Virus record (IMG/VR): IMGVR_UViG_3300013132_006127 | Direction: 5' to 3' (one strand) | Source of the DNA: a virus | Length of the DNA: 64,000 nt | Translations under genes and position numbers: made by a program | In this document: positions 1 to 12,000 of the stretch, piece after piece | How positions within the stretch are numbered: position 1 is the stretch's first letter | Layout of the letters: each line of letters starts with the position of its first letter | The notes under the pieces: model-generated | What the model saw: only the letters and a program-made list of their open reading frames with translations | The model's database searches: none | Told to the model about the DNA's origin: nothing

Positions 1-3000
1 ATTAGTGCTACAAAGGTTAGAGATGCACTATTCAAAGGAGATGATGCTTTACTTCAAGAGTATCTAGACCCAAGCATTGCTTCTATCTTAATGGGTAATA
101 GAACACAGCTTCGTAATCGAAGTATGATGGTTCCTATGCTTTTGGAAAAAATAAAAGAAGTAGTAGAAGTAGAAAAAGCTAATTCTAATGCGGAAGTGCA
201 GAGATTATTGGAGTCAGCTCCCGGAGGTCCATACAAGAATGTTAGCGCTAAACTCAGAGAAAATGCTCCAGAGGTGGCGGAGCAGGTAAGGCAAATCAGG
301 TCTCAAAGAGATATGATGGCTCGCGGAGCTTTTGGATATAGAGCATACAATGTTATTCAAGCTTTATCTTCTCAATATCCTGAAATGTATGCTTTAGATC
401 CCAATAGGACAGCATCCGTATCCGCAGCAGCCCAGGATATAGATAGAGATATAATGATGGGGCAAGTTACGGAAAGTATGAGAGATTCTTTCCCGTCCAT
501 AGGTTCCGCTGAGACACTTTCTCCAATTCAAGAATCAATATTAGCTAGAGTTCAAAAAGAAACAGCTTCTAGAGGATCTGGATTATTACCAGCTTCTAAT
601 CAAGAAGTTCTAAAAGCTCTAGGGAATAGTGTTATTCCTAACGAGGATAGATTTGGTAAATTTGCTGGTAGATCGTTGTATGATCATCTTAAACTAGGAA
701 AGAAAGTAAAAACTAATCTTCCTTATTGGTTTAGCGACTATAAGACATTCATGAGAAGACCCGGCGAAATTACTGGTCTTACAGAAGAAGACGTATCCAC
801 ATATGCGGCTACTAGAGACTATGTTATAGATTTATTTAATAAACAAAAGAGTGGATCACAACAATCATTATTAGAAAGCACAGCTCAACAAATAGCCCAA
901 ACACAAATGTTAGCTATTGTTGGCCTTAGAGGTAAAAATGGTTTACAAGGCCCATTGACTTGGAACTTGGGTAATAACACAGCAGGAGAACCGGTCTCGG
1001 TATCTGCTACAATTATGGAAAGAGTGTTACCAGCTAAGTATAAAGCTGTAGCTGATTATATTAGTGAGCAAACCGGCAGTATAGTTCAGACAGCTGCTGG
1101 AATGATGGGAGAACCAGGATCATTAAAAAGTCTAGATCTTAAAAAGAGAGAAGTGCTTAATCAAGGAAATATAGAGGGTGGTATTTTTGAACAATTATTA
1201 GCTACTCTAGGAGCAGATGTGCTAGACGATGCTGTTAGAACACGAGCTATAGACTTTCCAAGTGGAATAGGAGAAGTAGCTGGTAAAGTTTTTGGTATAG
1301 ATGCCAATATACCAACAGAAGCTAAGAGAACGATTGACTCTACATCTAGAGCTAAGGCTATGGAGGAATTTCAAAGATACTTTAGAGGAGTTTATGGAGT
1401 ACCAGAACCGGAAGGGGATCTGGTACAACAGTTTGCTAAAGGTGGAAAAGTAGATGATTTATTAGTAAAATATAAAGACATTATTAAAAGTATAATGCCG
1501 GCTGAGTATATTGCTGATGATGGATTTTTAGTCGGTACAAATGTTGATATTAATAGAAATAATTCTATGTTTCTAAAAGCCTTAAAATTTATGATTCCTA
1601 ATGCTAATTTTGGATATACCAAAGGTACAAATTACTCAGTTTTGATAAATTCTTTGCGTAAAAATAAAAGTAAATTCACAGAATCAGAATATTCAGAGTT
1701 AGAAAAATTTGCTATAGAAAAGCTTAGTCAAACCAAAAATTCAATTACTCTCGGTCCTGGCGCCGAGAGTCTTTTACCGCATGAAGCTTTCCATACTATT
1801 CAGGGATTTTTAGCTTTAAATCATCCTCAAATCTTTGACAATCTACTACAACAGTCTTTAGCTAATAAAGATAGATACTTAGAAATATATACTAAATCTA
1901 AACTTAGTAAAAGTTTATTAGGAACATATCAGCCTGAAAAAATGTTTACTGATCCAAAAACAGGTAGTTCTTCTTTTAGAGGATTAACTACGATATTACC
2001 AGAAAAATATAAATCATCAGAAACAATAAAATCTTTAGATAAAGAAATATCATCTACATTAGGAGCTAATGAGATAATACCTTCTTTATTAGACATGATT
2101 GTTTTAGAAAAAAATACAGCAGCACAAAAATTACTTTCTGATATATTTTATTCATCAGGATTAAATGCTAATTTCGCTAGTACCATGCCACAAGGTTATT
2201 TCTGGGGAGGTAAAGTTGACCCTCTTGCTAAGAAGTATGGATTATCACAATCAGAATTTGAAGAACAGAAAAAAATAGCTAAATTTATGGGATTAAGCGA
2301 TAAAGATTTTGAGGAAAAGCTTAGACTGTTCGCTTCTCAAAAGAAACGCGTTAAAGGAGCTAAATTTGCCGCTTTAGATGCCGTGGCAGATTCTTCTGTG
2401 GCCAATCAAAGAGTTACAGCAGAACAACAAGCGTTATCTGAATTCTTACAAGCCACTAAATTTGCTGATGGAGGCACCGCTACTTTAGACAAGCCCTCTA
2501 AAAATTATGGTAAGATAAGCATCACTGAAGATGGAAATACTATTAGTGCAGGGTATCTTAAGAGTAATGATGATAGATCTGGATATGTCAATGCATATAA
2601 AATGAGAGATTATCTATATTACGTTGGTTTATCCAAAGCTACTAGTGGTTATGGGCCAAGATTATATGATGTTGTAATGGAAGCAGCTACTGAAAAAGGA
2701 GCTATGTTAACTTCAGATAGAAGTAGCGTTAGTGGCGATGCCAAAAGAGTATGGGAATATTATTTTAAAAATAGAGGAGATGTTAAAAAAACACCATTAA
2801 AACCAGATGATTGGACAAGAAATCAAGCAGATATTGATCCTAAACTATATGGAAGAGAAGAAACATGGCCCCCAGCCAATGATCCAGCATGGATATTACA
2901 AAGCGGTTATAGCAAATCTCCTTCTTTAATCAATGATCCAAGCGCTGTTATAAAAACAAACAGAAAACAAGATAGTAGAGCCATGGCTCTGCAATACTTT

Positions 3001-6000
3001 CAGAGAGCTGCCATGGGTGGTTCGATTAGAAGATTTGCAAATGGAGGCTCACCAGAAGATACTGTTCCAGCATTATTAACCCCGGGTGAGTTTGTTATCA
3101 ATAAGAAAGCTGCTCAAAGTATAGGATACGGTAAGCTTAACAGACTAAATCAAGCAGACAAATTACAAGGATATAATAAAGGTGGTCCTGTAGGAGGAAT
3201 ACAAAGATTTAATGTTGGTGGCAATGTTGCTTCTGAAGCTCAATTAAACGAGATTATAGCAGCTACATGGGAAGTCTTTCAAAAGATGCCAGAAGGTATT
3301 AAAAATATTATAGAGAAGTCCCTAGACTCCGCTTCTATATCTTTAAATACAGGTGATACTTTTGACGATATAAATTTAAAACTTAGACAACAACTAGTAT
3401 TTGCTCAAAAAAATATTGATAATTTAGGACCAGAAGTAGTAGAAGGAATTAGAAAAATTTTAGGAGCCGGAATTCGTAAGTTAGACGTTATAGAGTTAGA
3501 CACTATACGTTCTAGCTCAAGTTATAAAGGTCCGGGTAAAGAATATTATGAAGACGTTGAAAAAGCAAGAGCCGGTAGAAAAGTTTTCGAGTCAGGAGCC
3601 TCTGATGCTAAAGACGTAATGCAAGCTATGGCTAGGAGTGTAGGAGGTGTAGGAAGCGAAATATATCCAAAACCAGTCGTTAAACCAGAAGATTATTATA
3701 GTAGATTAGATTATAGCGATATTGGTCCATCCAGAGGGGTTAATGATAGAGGACAATTATACGCTAAAGCATTAGCTGGCGAAGACCCAATAAAAGTAAA
3801 TGCTCTAATTGAAAAGCTTAGAAAAGAAATGGAGGATGCGGCTAGAGCCGCTGGTATAGCTATCAGTAAATGGGGCAAGAGCGAATCTTGGGCAGCGTGG
3901 GATATTGGTAAACAATTGCATATGGAAAAAAATCCAAGAGAAAGCAGCGATAGATATCGTTTAGCTAATCCTTTAAATGATGCACAGCTTCAAAAAGAGA
4001 TAGTACAAAGACATTTAGCTTGGGAGGCTACTGGTGGCAGAAACGCTACTACGGGAGAAAGATTATCTTCTGCTGATCTTAAAGATTTGGGTGCTCGCAT
4101 TATGGAGCAAATAGAAGCCACTAAAGCCCAAACAGATGCCACCAAAGCCCAAACAGATGCAAATACTCAAACAACATTTCCTTTTATGGCTCCTCCAACA
4201 CCTTCTGGTCCTACAGGTCCGGGTGGTCAGAGAACATTTGCTTTTATGTCGGGTTCTGGTGCTCCTAATCCTTACTCAGCAACTTTACCATCTGGTATTG
4301 ATTATAATCCTGTTAGTAGAAGGATAAGAAGAAATACTAGAGAAAACGACCCCAATATACAAGAAAGATATCAAAGATTCTCTTCGTCTGTATTTAATAG
4401 ATCTATTGAGCAATTATCAACTAGAGCTAATATATTTGGTGGAGCTTTAGCTACAGCTATAGAAACAACATCAAGATTTGCTGGATCTACGACAGTAGCA
4501 GGAAAAACATTAAGTGGATTAGCTTTTTCTGTGGGTTCCGTAACAGGAAGTTTCTACCAAGCTGCTCAAGCTATAAGAGCTATTGGTAATTTTGCAGATT
4601 CTAGATTCGGACAGAGGATTCTTGGTCAATTTGCACAAAGTATAAATACAGTTAGCTTAAACAGATTTTTTAATCAGCAGATTAGAGGTATTTTTGGATC
4701 ATCTACAGTTGGAGGAATAGCAACAGCTTTTGGAGCCGGAACTGCGGCGGCTGTAGCCCTTACACAGACATTTATAGATTATAGTAATGCTCTTAAAGAA
4801 AGTAGAATAGAAGAAGCTCAAAAACAGCAAGAGAGAGCATTAACCAAGTCAGCAGAAGCTTTAGAAAAATATTCCAAGGTTCAAGATAGAGCAACTCTTG
4901 AACTAGCCAATACTTTTGCGACATCAGCTGGCATTGCAGCTATTAATGAAGCTAATGCTAGAAGTGCTGGAGATAGACGCTTTGGTATGGCAACAGGCAC
5001 TTCTTTGGGTGCCGGAGCCATAGCTGGTGGCGCAATAGGTACTTTTATTGCTCCCGGATTAGGAACAGCTATAGGGGCAGCTATAGGTGGAACAGTAGCA
5101 GCGGCTATTGCTCAATCGCTCGGTGCAGATAGAACATCTGGAACAACAGCCGAGGAAAGCTCATTGCTGCTTGGTAGAAGCAGAAGCTCTATATTAGAAG
5201 TTTTTAATCAAAGATTTACAACCGGCGAAACTAGCGAAGATATTATGAGAAGGCCGGAGTGGAATGCTCAAAGACAAGTTTTGGCTAGATCAAATGCTGA
5301 GGTGGAAGCAATTATCAGGGGCATTCAGTCTGATGCAACACTGACTGAGGATGTTAAGAAAGCAAGAATAGAAGAGGCTTTACAGATAGAAGCATCAGCA
5401 CAGTTAAGGCAACAAGAGCAGATATGGCTAAGACAAAAAGGATTAATAGATCTAGATAATGCTACAAAAGCTTATACCAGAAGTTTGAAAAATATGTTTG
5501 CAAATATGGATGAAGCTATCAATAGAAGTTCTGTAGCTCTAGAAAACTTTAACACTTCTGTAGAACTAGCCGAAGCCTCGGTTAAAGGTCAAGCTAGAAT
5601 AGGTGTTTTTAAGAGTGAAACATCTAATATTATCAGAAATCCCAGAGCTTCGACGAATGAAGAGAGAGCACAAGCTGCTAGTGTTGCCGGTTCTTTCTTT
5701 GGTTCAGAAAGTGGTACAATTAGAGAATTAATTAATATTGGACCAAAAATAGAATCTGCTGTGTTAGCATCTATACAAGCAGCACAAACGTTGCCCGGAT
5801 CAACAACGGATGAGGCAATAGCTGCTGCTATCAGAAAAAGCGTTAGAGCAGAACTCACGGAGTCGTCATTACCTCAAGATTTAAGTGATAAGCTTGGTCA
5901 ACAAATAGCCATAGAATTAGAAAAAAGAAGAAAGAGTGGAGATGACAAGGTAGATTTTAGAGATCTAGAAGAAGCTATTCCACAATTAAAAGATTCTATA

Positions 6001-9000
6001 GACGCTCTCAAGGGAGCACAAGATATTGCCATTAAGGCTTTGGAAGACTATGCTCAAAAAGTTGGTATTCTAGTTGATAAGACCAATACTTCAGTAGAAC
6101 TTTTAGTACAAGCCGGCGATTTACTAAGAAAAGCTAGTGAGATTAGATTCAATAGCGCCTCACAATTAAGCAGAACTTTTGGTTCCAGTATTGATGTAAA
6201 TGCTATACAAAGTTTTAGAGACACAACTATTCGTAACCAGACAGGGGGACCAGCATCGCCTGAAGGTATATTAGACAATATTAATAGATTAGAAAATAGA
6301 AGAGCATTTCAACAAAACCAATTACAATCAGCCCAAGACAGAGGAAGGTCAGGAGCTAGAGATGTATTAGGTTTTACTGATCAATTATCTAGAACCACAA
6401 GATCCTTAAGAGATAATCAAAAAGCATTAGAAGATCTAGCGGCCAATAGCGAACAAGCATCCGCAGCATTAGAAAAGATATCAGAGGTTCAAGCAAAAAC
6501 TCAAGCTGGACAAAATATAATAGAAAGATACTTAACGTCAACAAGAGAAGATAATTTTAAACTATCTTCTGCTTTTGAGAGACTAGATAATAATATGAGG
6601 GGTATGGTTAATGATCCTTTCGCTTCAAGAAATGTGTTTGAGGCAATGAGAGATAGCGATAATCCAGTTTTGGCTGCTGATCAAGCTATAGCTCAGGATA
6701 GAAGAGATACTCTCGAAGCATTTAATATGCTGGCTCCTTTCTTAGGAGATACAAGAGAGCAGAATACAATTAAGGCTAATGTTTTAGAGACTATGCTACA
6801 AGAGGCTGGCATAGGAATGACACCTATGTTTAATGAGGTTATTAAGTCTCTTAGAAATCCAGAAAATAATTCGGAGATGTCCCAATTAGTAGAGCAATAT
6901 AAAGAAGGAATAAAGATTCAGTCTAAGGCCAATGAGTTGCTCGCTGAATTGAACACAAATTTTGCTCAAAATCTTAAACAAAGTTCAGAAGAAGCATTTA
7001 AAAACGCCATAACAGATACTCTGGTTAAATTTGAAGAAGCCCAGGTATCTCATCTGCAAAAGATAGAAGAGATACTATCTAAACAGACCCCAGCCGCTGG
7101 TCTTTCTAGTGGTGGTGTGGTTTATAGAAATATCGGTGGCTCGATATTCCAGCCAAAAGGAACAGATACTGTTCCTGCTATGTTGACTCCTGGAGAATTT
7201 GTTGTCAATAAATCAGCAACACAAAAATATGGATCAGTATTAAATGCGATTAATACTAATACTTATGCTAGAGGAGGAAAGGTAAAATATTATGCTACTG
7301 GCGGTTATGTATCTAGTTTATTGAAAAATGAAACTGGTTTTACCTCTGCTAGTTCAGAAGCAGAAACAAAGAATTTTGGTTTATCGAGTGATTTTTATCA
7401 GAATCCACCAGATGCTGCTGGTAAAAGAAACAAAAATTTTAGTAAAAATAGACACTTTGATCCTGGACAGTTAACAGAAACTTTGAGAGACGCAAATACT
7501 GTAAGACTTATGAAATTAACAAATAATCCTAGTATAATACCATTAGGATTAAATGCTGTTGGTCCTGATGCATTCCCGTTAGGTGCTACATCTTCAGAAA
7601 ACTATAAAACATTTGAAAACTTTATTAATGATGGAGTTTCTGCAACTTCTGTTGGTATTGGTTTTTATCCAAGATATAAGATGGCTCTAAATGGTACTGT
7701 TTTAGCAGATAACGCACCAAACAATGTACAGGTTTCTCAGTTAGGACCAGCTATACCAGAAGCCCTATTCAAAAATATAGGAACTATTAAAGAAAGATTC
7801 TTAGAAGAGAGAGAAGCAGCGGAAGCCTTAAGATTAAAACCAGTGATAGATAGCGTTCTTCAGAATTTAGATCTTAACACATATCAAATATATAATCAAC
7901 AAAAATATACAGAAGCCTTGTCTAGTCAATTACCCATATGGTACAAGGAAGGTAAATCCGTTATCGATTTTGGTGGAGGTATAGATAATGCTATATTTAC
8001 TAAGGCTAAAGCTGATCTTAATAAGTTAGAATATACCAAAGGTTTTGGTGAAAAAGCTCTATTCTTGGTTCCTGGCACCAGTGATCCAGTAGTTAATCAA
8101 AAAATATCTGCTTTGAATAGATCTGGTATGCCAGTTGGATTTGATGTAAATAATCTGCAAATAACAACAGGGGATCCAGGATTACCTATTTATGGAGCGG
8201 GCGGCTTTACTGTCGATATAGCTAGTAGATCCTCAAGATCTGGACAAAAAAATCTATCAGTATTGCCACCATCTAAAATATATAGAACATCTAGAGATAG
8301 TATTAGTGAAAATTTAGAATTTTTACAACTAATTAGATCGGACTTCGAAGATTTAGAGAAGGATAGTTTTGGTCCAGAGACTATCTATTCCAATCAATAT
8401 GCTCTTTATCAGAATGCTCTTAGTGATATTTCTAAAGGTTTAATAGAAAAAGCTAAATTTAATAGAGATATTCTTGATCAAGACGAAGTAGCCAATTTAT
8501 CATCTGTAAAAGGAGATAGAATAGATCTCAGTAAGCTAACAGATCTTTATGTGTGGAGTAAGAGGTCTTTTGATGCTTCTAAAATCAAAACTAATCCTAG
8601 GTTTAAAAATGCCACAAATATTGGTTCTGATTTTCCAATTAAAAACATAGATACTAATAATATAGAAAATTTTGTTTGGTCTTTATCTGACAGTATCACC
8701 GGATCTGACTTTCTTAATAGTGTAAAACCATTTTTAGATCCTAAACAATATTTAATAAATGAAACATTTTCTGAAACATTTGATGCTCCATGGGCTATAG
8801 ATAAAAAAATCAATGTAGAGTTCCCATATAAGACCTTGAAAAAACTACCTATTTTTGATTTTAATAATGGTGGTTCTATTAGCAAAGAATACAATGGCTT
8901 TGGTTTATATGCCGATACATTTAATATGTTAGGTGATAATAAAACTATAAATCCATTCAAACTAGCCACTACAGATTATAATAACAATAAATTATTATTA

Positions 9001-12000
9001 ACTAAAACAGATGCATCATCTATATTATCTAATAAAATTAAACAATGGATCAATAGTAACGGTGGTCAAGTTCCGACAAAAGCTGTAGACTTACAATTAT
9101 TGTCCAAATTAGTACAGTTAGAACCTAGTGATTTGGATATTATTCCAGAAGATAACGATCTATCTAGAGAAACGGCGGCCGCTAGAAGAGATATTTTTGG
9201 AGCAAAAGGGAGCTTGTACCAACAATTAGCAGGCATTGGCGTTCTATATAGAGAAGGTGGCGAAGCTAATTTCGGTAATTTAGATCTAGATCCATCTATG
9301 GTTAATGATTTTAAAGATAAGGTGGATTTAAATAAAGCTTTTGCCACCAACGCTACCAATCAAAGGTTTCCTGCTTATGCAAATGGTCTACTAAATATAA
9401 AGAATGAATTAGTGAAGTCTAAAGAATCATTATTAGAAGATTTTATTAATCAATCTAGTATATCTAATTTGAATTTATCTGATTTAGCACCATGGGTTAA
9501 AAACTTACAAGATAGTAGAATAGGGGATTTATTTAGCGGAGGTCCGGAGGTCCCAGACAATCTAAGAAAGGTTTATTTGCAAACTTTGGGCTGGGATAAA
9601 ACACAAAAAACAGCAGACCTAATGAATGCCACCGAAGCTAAATATCCCGGAGCTTTCCAAGAATTGATGAGTCTGTTGCAGTTGGGTTTCTATGTTAATG
9701 GGGGTAAAACAGCAGCAGCATCAAATACACTATCGAGCGAGTTTAATGATCTGCAAAAAAGTTTCTTTGGCACGGAAGATTTAGATAAATTATCAGTTTT
9801 TGAAGATTCGAGAGTGGCTGGCAAGAGAGGCAAACAGTGGTGGAAAGCTGGAGGTCCAGATTGGGCAGGTTTTGCTAGATATAATCTTTCTATTATTTCC
9901 CGTAAAGGTATGATAGAAAATATTCAAAACATTCTTAATAAAGCTAGTCAGGCTTCATTTAATCAGCAAGACGCTAATGATCTAGCAGAAGATATACAGT
10001 CCTTATCCATAGGAGCAACGGGATCTGCTACTATTGGAGCAGAAACACCAGCTAATAATTTAACAGATTTATTAACTAAAGCTCTAGATACCACGAAAAT
10101 TTATACAGAAGGTTACAGACTGGATATAGCTGATGCTATTCAGAAATTTAATATGCCTGGAGGTGTTAAAGATCCTAATCTTGATAGAATCAAGTCTATG
10201 ATAGATCCATCGAGTGATCTATTGACATATTTAGCTTTTAAAGATGCTATTTTGTCACAGCCTATTAGTTCTGTTCAGGGTATCAAAGTACAAGGAGATG
10301 ATAGAGATATTAAAGCTCCTAGATTGTCAAACTATGCATTAAATACAGAAAGTATTAATGGAGTTAATCCTTGGTCAATATATGAAACATTTTTAGATAA
10401 TGCTGCATTTACCAACGTTTCTAATGCTTTTAATGAATTAGTCGATATGATAGGAGCAGCCGGGAAATTTACATTACAAGATCCAAGAACTATATATCAA
10501 GGACCGGTTAATACTTTTGATAGTAAATTATACGAAAACCCTGATCATAGATCGGCTGATCCTATTAAAGGTACCGGAGCTTATACAACATCTTATAAAG
10601 CTTTAGCTGGTACAATATATGCTACATTATTTGAAAAAGCTAAAAAAGAAGAAGCTCTCAGAGATAGCACAACAGAAGATTCAAATGTCATTTATAGATC
10701 AAAGGGTGGCTCCGTAGGATATTACAATAATGGTGGATCAATTATTAATTTTCAACCTAGGGGAACAGATACTATCCCAGCTATGTTGACTCCGGGTGAA
10801 TTTGTCATCAATAGACAGGCTACTCAAAAACATCTACCTTTATTACAAGCTATTAATAGTCAAAATTATCAAACCGGAGGAGTTGTCAAATATCTACAAA
10901 ACGGATCGCAAAACCCTGTATCGTCTGATTCTCCACAAGACTGGATCCGTCAATTTGTCAATGATATTAGATCAGCCTCTGATGAAGATATATTAGGTTA
11001 TGGTAATTCGAAACAAACAATGTCTTTGGATAGATTCAAACAATTTGTATGGGATTTAACAGCTGGCCGTTGGGCTGGTTTTGGAGGAGACATTCCTAGA
11101 GGTAGAGTCGTAAGAAAAGCTCAACCGGTGTCAGCCGATGTTTCTTTTGCTAGACCAAATCAAACATCTGTAAGCTTCAAGAGAGATGTGGCTGAAACAA
11201 CATGGACTCCATCATCTAGATCCATGGCTTCTCAGAGGAATAGACAAGAAAACCCATATATGCCACCAGCAGAAGATCCAACTGCGTATTCTCCATCTTC
11301 TAGAGCACAAGCTAGTAGAAGAGCTAGAGAATCATATAAACCTCAATATTCCGCTGAATCTTATATTAGCGATAGTGATGCTATTAATGCCTCGCAACAA
11401 TTTGAAAAAGAGTACAAAGAAAGAAAAGAGAGGATTCTTAAAAGAGAATTAATGCTAGAAGAAGGTCCAACTAGCAGTATTAATCTATCTACACCAACTA
11501 TGACATTTGAAAAATGGGATAGAAAAAATAGAACAGACGGTAGAATAGTAGCATATGACGCAGCTAGACAATTCTTGGCTATACTAAAGATCGCTGGTAC
11601 AGACATAATGGAACCCGAAAAGAAAACGGCGGGGGTTACTGCTTTCCCGATAAACCTATTGGGTCCATCGTCGCAAGAATCTGTATTTTCTTTACTATCT
11701 AATAGAGAATTATCAGTAGATGATCCTTATCCCTATCAAAAAATAGGTATTAATGAGGCATTAAATAGATTAGAGAAAGAATACGGATCAGATTTTGTTA
11801 AACAATATAGAAGCAGAGACAGGATTTCTAAAATAAGTACTAATGCTGGTTTGGTATACGATCCAAACCAAGGATATATCGCTTCTAAATTATCTGACTT
11901 TTTATTATCAAATGTACTAGAAAAACAAAAGAAGTTTGCTGTACCAACAGCAGAAGCAGTACCGGTGCCGGATGCAGAGGTAGCATATACTTCTACAAAA

